A stretch of DNA of 64,000 bases, from the NCBI RefSeq assembly GCF_006345805.1, contig NC_043005.1, positions 45,198,001-45,262,000 on the forward strand. The letters are read 5' to 3'. The notes beneath the pieces are model-generated. The model was not told where the DNA came from, made no database searches, and was given only the letters and a program-made list of their open reading frames with translations. This document shows, piece by piece, positions 1 through 12,132 of this stretch. Position 1 is the stretch's first letter, and every line of letters begins with the position of its first letter. This stretch comes from Octopus sinensis. Lineage: Eukaryota. Position numbers and translations under genes: made by a program.

Positions 1-242
1 TTATTTTTTGTTTTTTATTTTCATATTTGTATATCAGACCCTTTAGTTTCATCTGAAATTATGAAGTTCCCAAATTCATTTCTGACATTTCCAGGTTACT
101 TCAGCCTCTTCTTTAGGATGCTGAGTGATGTTGATTTTTGCGCAGCTCTTTTGACAATAGTCAGGTAAGCTTTTTGTTGTGTGCCATTTAGTATTGGGCT
201 CAAAATGCAATATGACTGTTCCCTGAGAAAAATCAAAAAAGA

Positions 243-1277
243 ATGAAGGGAAGGGGAGTAATGGCACGGAGGGGGAGGAGGGAAAAGGGATGGAGGAGGA
301 GGAAAAGGTGGAAAGGGAGAGGAAGAGAGGGAAAGATGGGAGCAGGGTGGAGCAGAGGAAGGAGCAGAAGAGGAAGTGGAAGAGGAGGGGGGAGGGAGGA
401 AGTAGGGGAGGAGAGGGAGGAAGTAGAGGAGGAGAGTATGAGGGGAGGGGGAAGAAGTGGAGAGGAGCGGAAGGAGTAGAGGAGGAAGTAGAGGAGGAGG
501 AGATGGAGAGGGGGGAGAGGAGGAGGAGTTGAAAAGGAGAGGAGGGGAGGTGGTGGAGGAGGAGGTGGTGGTGGAGGAGGAGTAGAGGGGAGATGACGGA
601 GGGGGAGGGGAGGGGAGGGGAGGGGGAAGATGAGAGGAGGAGGAGAGGGGAGGAGAGGAGAGGAGAGGAGGAGGTGGAGAGGAGGAGGAGAGAGGACGGG
701 AGGATGGGAGGGGAGGAGGTGGAGAGGTGAGAAGGAGGTGGAGAGGAGAGGAGAAAGGAGGAGGAGGAGGAGGAGGTGGAGAGGAGGAGGAGGGGAGGAG
801 GAGAGGAGAGGAGGAGGAGAGGGGAGGAGAGAGGAGGAGGGGGATATGAGGAGGAGGAGGAGGAAAGGAGAGGAGAGGAGGGGAGGAGGAGGAGGAGGAG
901 GTGGAGATGAGGAGGAGGAGGTGGAGAGGAGAGGAGGAGGAGGTGGAGAGGAGAGGAGGAGGAGGAGGTGGAGAGGAGAGGAGGAGGTGGAGAGGAGGAG
1001 GAGGAGGTGGAGAGGAGAGAGGAGGAGGTGGAGAGGAGAGGAGGAGGTGGAGAGGGGAGAGGAGGAGGAGGAGAGAGAGGAGGTGGAGAGGAGAGGAGGA
1101 GGGGAGGAGGAGACGGTGGTGGAGGAGGAGGAGGAGGAGAAGGAGAAGGAGGCGGTGGTGGAAGAGGTGAGGAGGAGGTGGCGAAGAGGAGGAGGAGGAG
1201 GTGGAGAGGAGAAGGAGGATGCGGTGGTGGAGGAGCAGGGTGGAGCAGAGGAGGAGGAGGAAGGTGGGGGCACTTAG
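243..1277 (+). repeat. ~1 kb polypurine low-complexity tract, (GGA)n/(GGAGA)n with GGTGG interruptions
   Basis: Almost only G and A on the + strand; the overlapping E/G/R and P/S/L ORFs are compositional artefacts. Confidence 0.95.
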
Positions 1278-3655
1278 TATGAAATTATTTGTATTTGAAC
1301 TGAAGACCCCTTAGCTGATATGCCAATTGCTTAACTTCATAAATGCTGAAAGACTCTGTGTTGTTTAAAACTAGTCTTACAGAATGCTTCTTGAAAACAG
1401 ACAGCATACAATCCATAGTAAAAGACCCCCGTTCAAATGAAGTTTATCCAAAAATAACCAATTATCTCCATTTCTTCTTATCACCATATCAGATATTCCA
1501 TACCCTAACACTGTTTTTAATTGAATTACAAAGAAATGAATTAAAGAATTCAACATAGCACAGCAGAAATTTTTTTTCTCCATGAAAATGTCCTTATATG
1601 GTATTGTAAATATTTACTAGGAAACTACACCTAATAATATTTTGTAAAATTAAGATTTAATAGCATTCTTGTTGCTAGCTCAGTTACTAGATGCGAGGAC
1701 AATTTGCTTTTTCTTCGTGAATTCAAATAACAGTGAAATAAGATCACAGATTCCTTTTTATTAGATCAAGAGAAAATAAAATTTAGTAAATTAGACAAAA
1801 AAATTCAAAAATTCAAAACCAATATGAATAATGGTATTGTTACTAGCTCACACTCTCTTTCTTCATTGAGCTCCTGGCTTTCTAGATTGTCAACATAAAA
1901 GCAGAAACAAAAATTAAAATCATATCATAATGAATAATTTTCTTTTTAATTGAGAATTTGATTTGTGTAAGAGTATGAGCAGAAAGAAATAGAGGAAGGT
2001 GAAAAATATGTTGTAAAGCAGATCTCCCTCGAAATCTTTCTCTGAAGCAAGTATTTTCAATCAATGAAAGAGAAAGAAAGAATAAAGAAATTCATTCATA
2101 ATAAAAATTTAAAAAAACAATCACAACAAAGGGAAAAAAACATTAAGTAAGATAGAGAGTAGTGTGTAAGATAGAGAATAAGAGAATAATAGTTAAAAAA
2201 TTATTTCAATATTTCAGTCTGAGGGTGGTGAAAATGGGGTGAATAATGGTAAACTGTCTGACTAAACATTCTTGCAGTGTTTGGATTTGTCTCTCTCATT
2301 TCAGAGTTCAACCAACTGATGATGTTGATAAAATGGGCATCAATATTTTACTGAGTCACAGTAAATTGACCATACAGTCCTCCCACCCAAACACCATTCC
2401 CTTCCTCTCCTCCTCTAACTACTTTCAAAAGGGGTTTTCTATGGCAAATTGCAAAAAAGAAAAGAAGAAAAAGAAACGAGAAAAAAAAATGAAACGAGAG
2501 AAAAAAAAAACAAAAGAAAAAAATCAATATTTAATAGGAAATCAGCAAAACCAATTTATGGAACAATTTCCTATTAAATAACAAATAACCTTAGAATTTT
2601 AGCTGCCAAAATTTTAACCATTTTAATTTGATATCATGTTGCAGTCACTAGAATATTGGTAATAGGTTCTTGTTAAGTTCAGCTCTTGACCCAGTTACAA
2701 ACATCAGCATTTTGTTTTTTCTTTCCATCCATGTACTTATTTGACCAGCAATGATGGGGGAAAGAATGAGTGTTTCTCAACCATCCATTTAGAGACACCC
2801 TTCAAAGAATATATAAATTCAGTGAAAACCCATTGAAAAATATCTTTGATTCTAAAAAATGAAAAGCAATTAACTTTAATTATCACACCAGTGTCAGATA
2901 AATAATTATTCATTGATTGATTTATTGACTAATTGAAAAAGATTAGAGAGGTTGTGGCTTGGAACTAATGCTCCAATTCAGACTGGGTTACTGAAAAAAA
3001 CCTTTATTTTCATTATAAGTTATACAGGGAAGAGGAGGAAGGAAAGTTATATAGGGAGGAGGAAGAGGAAAAGTTATATAAGGTAGAGGAGGAGGAGGAG
3101 ACACAGTGTCTGTAAACTTTGCCTGACCTTTCATGCTGATGAGACCAAAGGAGCCTATGTCTTGTCTGAACATCTGAAGGTCAATACCTGCAGTAAAATG
3201 ATGGCAATGGCGGATGTGAGGAAGGAATGAAGAGTCCAGTTCAAATGCATGCCACTGAAAACACTCAATGACTAAATAGTGGAGTTAAAATAGTGGGTGA
3301 TGTGTTTAACATACTCCCCAGACCCCGAGTTAACCTAGAGATGGAAGATCAAATATAACTTGGATGTTTCATCATATTAATTTGAATTCAAAAGCAACAA
3401 TGGCAAGATTGTGTTTTTTTCTTTTAAAGAAAACCTAAGTCTTATTAGTAATGTTACATATCTAGTCAGCTATAGACAGAACTATACAGGAAGGATTTAG
3501 GCAGTCCAAATGGCATGGGCTGATGGTTCTGTGGAAATTTCTCTAAACAGTCAGGGACTAGATAAAGAAATACACTTTTTATATGCTGTACATTGTTTGA
3601 GTTCTTTTTCATTCTATTCTGTAATTTGTAAGGATATCATGTACATTCCATGGCA

Positions 3656-3686
<31 letters not shown>

Positions 3687-4135
3687 TAAACATACTTTCT
3701 TGTTCTCAAAATGAAAGGGTCAGCATACATTCCACGTCTTGGTATTTTCTGAATCAAATTTCCAATTTTAGATCTTAAAATTTTATTTCACCTGAAGAAA
3801 GCATTTTCTTTTTCTTGATATAATCAGTTTATTCATCAAAAAAAAAACCCCACACATCTGTGACAGTTGTAATGAACCTTATAACTTCATTAGAGCCTCG
3901 CATATGAAATGCAAGCTAATGAAGTTCATAAAATAATTGTTTGTTCCTTTGTCATCTTATTTTCTTATTACCACTCTGTACTCAATTAACAAACATACAT
4001 TGAAGCAAACATATATTGAGTTCTACACTCAGTTATTAGTCTTGCAAGGACTGGTCACATTCATCAGTCCTCCCACTCAGTCTCTTAAGACTTTCCATTT
4101 ATCCTTTGCATCAGCCTACTATGTTCATCTGATAG

Positions 4136-4390
4136 TTGAAAGACCCTTTCTGTTATTTATTTATGTTGTAATTGTACAATTATTTTCATTTTGATGTATA
4201 GCTGAAAGGGATTTGACAATTGTATATGTATAATTCTATTTTCTGTTGCACTTGTATTATTATTATTTCATCACTTCATGTTTGTCGAATAGTCAGAAGA
4301 CCCTTTCTGTTATTTATTTATTTGTAAATGTACAATAATTTTCATTTTGTTGTATAGCCGAAAGGTTTTCATCTGTCGTATGTGCATCAT
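4136..4390. repeat. Local direct duplication, two diverged ~90-bp copies
   Basis: aagaccctttctgttatttatttat...tgtacaat..ttttcattttg..gtatagc.gaaagg occurs at ~4140 and ~4296. Confidence 0.8.
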
Positions 4391-4394
4391 TCTA

Positions 4395-4660
4395 GCTTTC
4401 TTGTTCTTGCTTTCATTCTTGTCTTCATTCTGGTATACATTCATTTGCTTTTTCCAGAAGCTTAATGCTTTTAGCTTAGTGCCCTGGCACTTACCAGATT
4501 TGAGTGGTCTCAGGGATAAAAAAGTGTGAAACTGCTAGGACTTTCCAAACTCTGACCGATGAGAAAATTTGCTGCAAATGGTCCATGTATCGTGTTTTTG
4601 TCCAGTTTCCTGTTATGTTATTGTCTATTTTTCTGTATGTTGTTTTCGTCATTTTCTTTC
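4395..4660 (+). mobile_element. Dispersed repeat, same family as 62385-62630, possibly Penelope-like terminal repeat
   Basis: gtatacattc..tgct..ttcca..aatgct.ttagcttag...ccagatt.gag...tctca.g.ata aligns with the 62.4 kb copy; the family assignment is inference. Confidence 0.5.
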
Positions 4661-4677
4661 TGTTCTACTCTTAATTT

Positions 4678-4711
<34 letters not shown>

Positions 4712-4788
4712 GCATATATTTATATATTTTGCTTAGTCATTGCAAGACTAATAACCTAGTGTATATTATGTGTATATACATGTATATG

Positions 4789-4838
<50 letters not shown>

Positions 4839-4844
<6 letters not shown>

Positions 4845-5176
4845 CCTTGAGCAAGTGTCTTCTCCTACAGCCTCGATCTGACCAAAGCCTTGTGAGTGGA
4901 TTTGGTAAACAGAAACTGAAAGAAGACCATCGTATATATGTATATATCTATGTATGTGTGTGTATATGTTTGTGTGTCTGTATTTGTCCCCCACCCCTCA
5001 ACATCGCTTGATAACCGATGCTGGTGTGTTTACGTCCCTGTAACTTAGCAGTTCGGCAAAAAAGACCGATAGAATAAGTACTAGGCTTACAAAGAATATG
5101 TTCTTGGGTCAATTTGCTTGACTAAAGGCGGTGCTCTAGCATGGCCACAGTCACATGACTGAAACAAGTAAAAGAG
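4839..5176 (+). mobile_element. tRNA-derived SINE family A (OK/OR-like), 5'-truncated
   Basis: ggcaccttgagcaagtgtc...gtgagtggatttggta...(TG)n...gcggtgctctagcatggccacagtc...gaaacaagtaaaagag; many copies in the window. Confidence 0.9.
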
Positions 5177-5190
5177 TATATATATATATA

Positions 5191-5389
5191 TTAGGTTGGT
5201 GCATAATTATTGCGGCTTTTTTTCAATAAATTTTATTCAACAAGAAATTTAAAGCACCAATTTAAACAAAATGCCAAGCAGAAATTGAAGATGGTGAATA
5301 TCCTCCAGAATAATCATTTAAAGATGTTTTTGTTAAATGTTGTTATTGTTTTTGTTGAATAAAAGAAGCCACAATAATTATACACCAAC

Positions 5390-5393
<4 letters not shown>
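5191..5393. mobile_element. Mariner MITE with Hsmar1/MADE1-like TIRs
   Basis: TIRs ttaggttggtgcataattattgcggc / gccacaataattatacaccaacctaa, flanked by TA inside (TA)n. Confidence 0.85.
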
Positions 5394-5433
<40 letters not shown>

Positions 5434-5573
5434 TATATATACATACACACACATATATATACACACATATATACACATGCACACACATATATATATATAT
5501 ATGTATATATACACACACACACACACCAGTAGCCCTTTGTCATCATCAGCATCATGGTCATTATAATTATCAT

Positions 5574-5622
<49 letters not shown>
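5394..5622. repeat. Compound microsatellite (TA)n/(CA)n and (ATC)n
   Basis: Direct reading. Confidence 0.95.
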
Positions 5623-5625
<3 letters not shown>

Positions 5626-5849
5626 TCATTGTCATTGTCTTCATAAATATTACTCATACTTTTTTTTTCACATAAATTTGATCATAACTGGATGAGTTTA
5701 AGAGAATTATCACTTCTTGACTTTATTCTTTCTGTCAATGACATTTTTATTTATTTCTGTTTGCTCTGATTCACTAAAGGTAATACTTAAATCAACTCGT
5801 GCATGTTAATCTTCCTTTTCTCTCCACGTGTGTCACCATTTCTCGTTAA

Positions 5850-6071
5850 CCTTTTTGTTACCATATTTATTTTGAGCTGTTCTGTGTTTCTTTCAGTTAA
5901 TCTTAAATATAACAAAGAAGTTAGCAAAATAACTTAGTTATCATTAAGCTAGTGTTAGGAACATAAATTGTGACTAAGGTTTGGTGGAAGATTTTAATTC
6001 AAAACTTATGAAAACAAGACATTTGTATTACAGAGGCAGAGGTGATTTCAGCCAGGCTGCTATCAAAAGAT
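5850..6071 (+). mobile_element. piggyBac-like MITE family 1, older copy
   Basis: Body aligns with 12610-12830 and 18672-18891; TTAA at both ends; TIRs decayed. Confidence 0.8.
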
Positions 6072-6294
6072 TTAAAACCATGACAATATTTTTCTTTTCA
6101 TACTGTTGTCAACATGTATTGTCATCTTTTATTTCTATATTAATTCCATACAATCAGAGAGTAAGTCAGATTTTTCTCTGGTAAGAAAGATAAGAGAGCA
6201 ATATATGGTCGTGTATCACTTGAAAAAAAATATAAGAAAAATCACTTAAAATGTTTAAATTTCTTCATTGGATGGTACTACATTATAAGACATA

Positions 6295-6632
6295 GAGTAA
6301 AAGAGCTCCTTTGGTGATAAATGACTGTGGGATTGCACCTAGAAAGTTACTCTCCAAGACACACGTCTGGGCAAGGTTGTTTAAGGAAGACCAGAAGTTG
6401 CCCATGCAAACCAGCTTCCCTTTTCCATGACACCGATGCTATCCAAGGAAAAGGCAAAGGCTGATACAACTTGGCAACAGTGATGTCACAACTCATTTCT
6501 ACATCTGAGCAAACTGGAGCAACATGAAATAAAATGTCTTGCTCAAGAACACAATATACAGTGTGGTCTAAGAATCAAACTCACTTCCTCATGATTATAA
6601 GCCAAGCACTCAAACCACTAAGCCATGCACCT
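6295..6632 (-). mobile_element. tRNA-derived SINE family D with a conserved central domain
   Basis: Minus strand reads ggcttagtggtt...gagtttgattc (A/B-box-like) then tgtgttcttgagcaagaca...gttgctccag. Confidence 0.7.
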
Positions 6633-6673
6633 TCACTATTATTAGATATATCAGCATTATTATCACCATCATC

Positions 6674-6891
6674 AAGGCAGTGTACTGGCAGAATCATTAG
6701 CATGCCAGGCAGGATGCTTAGCAGCATTTCGTCCATCTTTACATCCTGAGTTCAAATACTGCTGAGGTTGACTTTGCCTTTCATCCTTTTGGGGTCAATA
6801 AAATAAGTACCTGTTGAACACTGGGGTTGATATAATCAACTTATCTCCTCCCCTGAAATTACTGGCCTTGTGCCAAAATTTGAAACCGTTA
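6674..6891 (+). mobile_element. tRNA-derived SINE family B
   Basis: aaggcag..ctggcagaatcattagc...gagttcaaat...gactttgcctttcatcc...ggccttgtgccaaaatttgaaacc. Confidence 0.9.
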
Positions 6892-7221
6892 TTATCACCA
6901 CCATCATCATCATTATCACCATTATAACACTGTGGGACTTGAATCCAGGGCTGTCTGGCTGGGAAGCAAGCTTCATACCAAACAGCTATTTGTACTCTTT
7001 AAAAATATTATATGTGAGTTTTGCTCCAAGTGAATATTATGTCATATAAGAGTAAGTTAAATTTGACTTGAGCATTCAGAAGTAGATTTAAACTCAGTGA
7101 CTCAGAGCCTATTATACAGTAATATCATACATGCTAAAAAGACCCATCTATATGGTTACACAACTTGGTAGAAATGGCAGTTAAATCATGTATTTTAAAA
7201 AAAAAAGACATTGCATTTGCA

Positions 7222-7357
7222 TTGGTGTGACCATGTTGTAAGAAGCTTGTTTGCCAGCCAACTACAAGGTTCTATGTTCAGTCCTACTACTATAGCCTCA
7301 GGCCAACTAAAGCCTTGTGAGTGGATTTGGTAGACCAAAACTTAAAGAAGCCCATCA
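7222..7357 (+). mobile_element. SINE family A, 5' half
   Basis: taagaagcttg...gttcagtcctact...aaagccttgtgagtggatttggtag. Confidence 0.8.
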
Positions 7358-7378
7358 TATATATATATATATATATAT

Positions 7379-7840
7379 AATTTCAACAATTGAGGGCAAA
7401 ATTAATTAATTATTAATCAATTTCACCAAGTGTTCAGTATGCAAAGGGACCATTCAAGGCGAATTCAAATTATTACATTATATAAAAGGGCTTAGTAAAA
7501 TAAATTACTTTGTTGGCACTGTTAGTTGGAGCAGATCTTCGAGAGGGTATGTTCTTATTTTCAGTGTTTCCAAATCCAAACAAGGAATTTCCGAGCCGAT
7601 GATAGAAATGTTGTTTTGACTAATCTTGAAACGTACGTTCTCGAATAACCTTAGCATTTGATTTTTCGATGTCATTACCCCCCAAACTTTTGTGAGTTAA
7701 ATTATGCAACACTATATATGAGAGAGATTTTCTTTAAGTATTAGAAATAGCCTTAAAAAAGTTTTTTAGCTGCTATTTCTAATGAGTTCAGTATGCGGCA
7801 AAGTAATTTATTTTACTAAGCCCTTTTATATAATGTAATA
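7379..7840. mobile_element. Element with perfect 42-bp inverted repeats inside (TA)n; Penelope-like terminal fragment or MITE
   Basis: 7471-7512 tattacattatataaaagggcttagtaaaataaattactttg is the exact reverse complement of 7799-7840; carries a hammerhead-like motif. Confidence 0.7.
7589..7645 (+). ncRNA. Candidate minimal type I hammerhead ribozyme with an atypical CCGAUGA core
   Basis: Stem I cgag/ctcg; core ccgatga 7596-7602; GAAA 7628-7631; palindromic C-GTAC-G stem III; triplet GUU; stem II is weak. Confidence 0.4.
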
Positions 7841-8530
7841 TATATATATATATATATATATGAGACAACGTTTCACAGGGAAAAGCAGCTTCACATGAGC
7901 TTTGGAAAACCTGATATATGCACTAACCTGCTCTGGGTGTCAAGAGCAATACATAGGCCAAACAAAAAACAGTCTACATCAAGGATGGCTTTGCACAGAT
8001 CTCAGATCAAAATTCCCCAAAACAGAAAAATAGCATTCATAATTGATAGGATAGGATAGGATGGTCATATCTGGCACACCTTTGTTTATAGGTTTGTTCC
8101 TATATCAAGAATGACCTGAAGCTAAACAACAAAAGCAATGATAGTGATATCTCTGCTTGCAGTGGCATATTGACTCAGTCATGGTGTCCATTTATTGCTA
8201 GTTGAACCGGAATTATTTAAGAATGAAATGGCTGGACCATCAGTAGAACTGATAATGAGATAGAAATAATTATTCCTTCATTTAACATTGCAACACCCTA
8301 TTGATTCATTCAGTTACAAGTCTCAAAGAGAGTATGATCTCCATAAAATATATAGCATTAGTTTTTATGAATCTTTATTCTGATTTACTTTGTCATAAAG
8401 TTTTGCACACCCTATTTCAGTGCCTCTGCTATTCTACCAAACACAACATTTCTTCTGTGCTATAAACATGACAAATATTTCATCACAATATTATCTTTTA
8501 GTCCATTTCCTTTTTTTATAGATGTCTCTG

Positions 8531-8672
<142 letters not shown>

Positions 8673-10479
8673 ATGTATGTCTCTATTAATATTGTCACTG
8701 AAGTGAAAAAAAAATAAAATAAAAAAAATACACAATAGACAAGGTTCACCTATGAAGCCTAAGCACACAAAATACTGAAGCAAGTTCACATGCTGTAAAA
8801 TGAAAATATCAATGTTACCTTAATGATTATGAACTATAAACCGTAACTGAAACAACTAGTGACAACACTGCATGACTTGGCATTATTTCTGGTGTTCTTG
8901 GCATGTATATAGATGTATGTCACATGTATGTGTTGACATTTATGGGCAATAGCACATGTGTGTGTGTGTGTGTGTGTTTAGGATGTATTCAGTAGGTAGG
9001 CTGCCTATCAAACTTATAAATTTATGTTTTGCGTAGTAATGTTTTTTACTGTATATGTTTGTAAATATCAAAGCAGTCGTTTTTATGTTGCTTACATTTG
9101 TTACCTTTGAGCATAAACACAAAGACAGGAGAAAACAGCTGTCTTTACATTGTTCACATTAAAGGAAAAAAAGCTAAATTTTAAAATGTTTACAGGCTTA
9201 CAAATTCATCAATTGTTAACATGTGAATATTGACTGAGAGAGAAAGAGAGAGAGAGGGAACTTTAAAGAAATTCCCTTTTTGAATACATATAGTTTCCCT
9301 AGTGATGGCAGTTATTACAAGGGGGATAATTATTTCTTCTTAATGTGAGTAGGGGTTAGAATTTTGAATGTGAAAGTAAGGAATTACAAGATAAAAGATG
9401 CATAGAATTCACATATTTATTTATTTTTCCTGTTTACTTATAACAAAGTTCTTGTAGGTTTTAGCACTATTTAATTTTTTTTAGAAATCACCAGCATGAT
9501 ATAACTTGTGACCTATTAATTAATCATTTTTTTACTAAGTGAGATATTTAATTAAAGATGAAAATACTTACAATCTGGAGGAAATTCATTAAAATATTTT
9601 CCTTAATTGTACAAGACATTTTAACATACAAACAAAAAAACATTTCTTATATTACGAACATTAGATTTAACTTTCCTCAGCTGAGATTCAAGGGGAAGTG
9701 TTAAAGGATAAAAGATATATATAAAGTATCTTTGTTATTCTTTGTCATTTTTTACTAACAGACCAGTTACTTTTCCATCGCTGGATCCACTTCTACCCCT
9801 CATTTTCACTACCATCTTTTCCAACATATTTTTTATTGCCTTTAGCCATCTTTCTTTCCTCTGCCATGCTCCATCTTAACACCCCTTCATATCTTCTATC
9901 ATTTTCAATACCCTCTCATATCTGCTGTCATACTCTCTTACTATAGCACTTTTATGTACCTCTACATCTCCCTTCCCACCACTCCTACATCTTGCCCATC
10001 ATTCCCCTATTTTCTAATCTATTATCCTTCTCTATACTGGTAATTTCCACCAACTACATCTCCACCCTTATTTATCAATCATTACATTCACCTTTGCCCC
10101 TCCATCTCTAGCAATTTGTTACTCATCTCTCATACTCTTATGAAACTACCTTCTTTTTCCAACACCTGCTCTACTGTCCACACCCTCTTTAATACTCCCT
10201 TTTTTATATCTTGCAATGCTCTATCAACTCACCATCATTGTCTCCGTTCCAGCCACTCCCACCCTTATATAATGTCAGGTAGCCTTGAATCTCCTTTATA
10301 ACAAGACACCAGTGTTTGTCTCTTTATCACACTTTGGCCTCTCAACACCTAGCATAACCCCACCTCTCAAATACCTCACCACCACCACCACATAGACATG
10401 GGTTGCTTTTTTTTAATTTTTTCCTATTCTTTTCATGTCTTGCAAGTTACTTGGAAACCTTCCTTGTGTTAATGACACA

Positions 10480-10662
10480 TAAAAAGCCACCTTGTGCACA
10501 TTGTAAAGTGGTTGGCATTAAGAAGGGCATCATCCAGCTATAGAAACCATGCTAAAGCTGATACTGGAGCTCAGTGCAGCCCCACAGTTCATCAGATGCT
10601 ATTAAACTGTCCAACCCATGCCAGCATGGAAAACGGACGTTAAAAGATGATACTGATGATGA
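10480..10662 (+). mobile_element. (ATG)n-tailed retroposon family C (RTE-related 3' end or SINE)
   Basis: ggttggcattaagaagggcatc...gtccaacccatgccagcatggaaaacggacgttaaaagatgat. Confidence 0.8.
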
Positions 10663-11090
10663 GAAGGATTATGGTGAGACCAAATGATAAATTCTGTATT
10701 TTATAGCCTTTACACATACACACTTCACCCCTTCTTTGCCCTGAAGGTTCTGAGAGTCCAAATTTGAAAATTATTCAGTAACTAAAGAACCGGTTCTTTC
10801 AAATTTTTAAGACAAGAATGTGAAGAATCAGTTGAACAAGTTCTCAGAAAGATGATGAAATAGCTATGTTACATGGTTCTTTAGCAAAAGTACAGAATTA
10901 GGTACATTTGGACAGTATTTGTATGAGTTATTGTCCCATCAGTCAATTTTGTTCAAGAGTTGATTGAGAAACAAGACTCTTAGATCTACTCCTGTGACTC
11001 ACAAACTGTTTCATAATCACACAAAATTTCTTGGTGCCCCATATTTTGTGCTTCTTTGCATATATTTTCTCAATCATTCACTCACTCTCC

Positions 11091-11091
<1 letters not shown>

Positions 11092-11151
<60 letters not shown>

Positions 11152-11344
11152 CTTCAGCTATATCTGTCTATAGGTTCTACAAAGAGAATATCAGGCTTAA
11201 AAAAAAACTACTCATGTCAATTCATTCAACAAAAAATTCTTCAAGGTGGTGCCCCAGCATGACCACAGTCTAATGAATGAAACACATAAAGATAAAAGAA
11301 AAAATATACAGAGAGTGATATAGGGATAGATAGATAGATATAGG

Positions 11345-11375
<31 letters not shown>

Positions 11376-11501
11376 TGACAGAGAGAGAGAGGGAGTCATT
11401 TTAGTGAACAGTTCAATGGAGCATGTCATCCTCACACTCTCGCTCTCTCTTTCTTAATCCCCATCTCTTTTTCTCTTAACCCCCCTTCTCTCTCTCTCTC
11501 A

Positions 11502-11560
<59 letters not shown>

Positions 11561-11570
11561 ACACACACAT
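11092..11570. repeat. Microsatellite cluster (CT)n, (GATA)n, (CA)n with a SINE A 3' fragment
   Basis: Direct reading. Confidence 0.9.
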
Positions 11571-12132
11571 GTTTTCACAAACATAACCTTTGGCTTTTCA
11601 AACTTTGTATTAACATAGTAAAAACTTTCCCATCCCTTGCACCCTTCCTTCTCAGAAAGCCACCCAACTATGCATAATGTATTTCCTCCTTGGATGTAAG
11701 AATAAAGGAATAACTATCAATGAGTCTAGGTGTTTTTGATATATGTTCATTATAAATATATTCATGTATGGAAAGAACTGAAGCAGAATGTGCTATGTCA
11801 GAGAAATTAATGAAATTTCATAACGTTGGTTTATTTAACTTATTTATTTATTTACTTTTCATTTAAAATAGTTAATTCTGTAAAGTGTTCGGTCCATGAC
11901 ATCCATTTATAAATTTGAGCAAATAATGTATATCTTCTTTGGTTTCATATAATCACTACCATCTCTCATTTCAATTCATTTTACGCCAATAGTTTTGTTC
12001 CAACCAAACAATCTTTAATTTGATGACTTTTATCATTAGAGGAACTTTTGGAAAACAGTTTTACTCATTCAAAGATACAGTATTAACAAACATTCAAAGA
12101 AAACAAAAACAAATACAGTTTTCTTACATATA

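Noticed and set aside
76-222. Possible terminal exon on the minus strand (GTVILHF...KCQK*) or a + strand exon ending cag|gtaagc
   Set aside because: No recognisable protein, and the phase does not link to neighbouring candidates. Another frame (QKAYLTIVKRAA..SLSILKKRLK) looks more like a LINE remnant.
233-1282. Long ORFs (346, 215 and 104 aa)
   Set aside because: Translations of a GGA/GA low-complexity tract, with no domain or splice context.
3120-3265. Candidate minus-strand exon WHAFELDSSFLPHIRH...GLISMK
   Set aside because: Open frame with plausible splice sites, but no family match and no consistent exon chain. May be decayed LINE; RNA-seq is needed.
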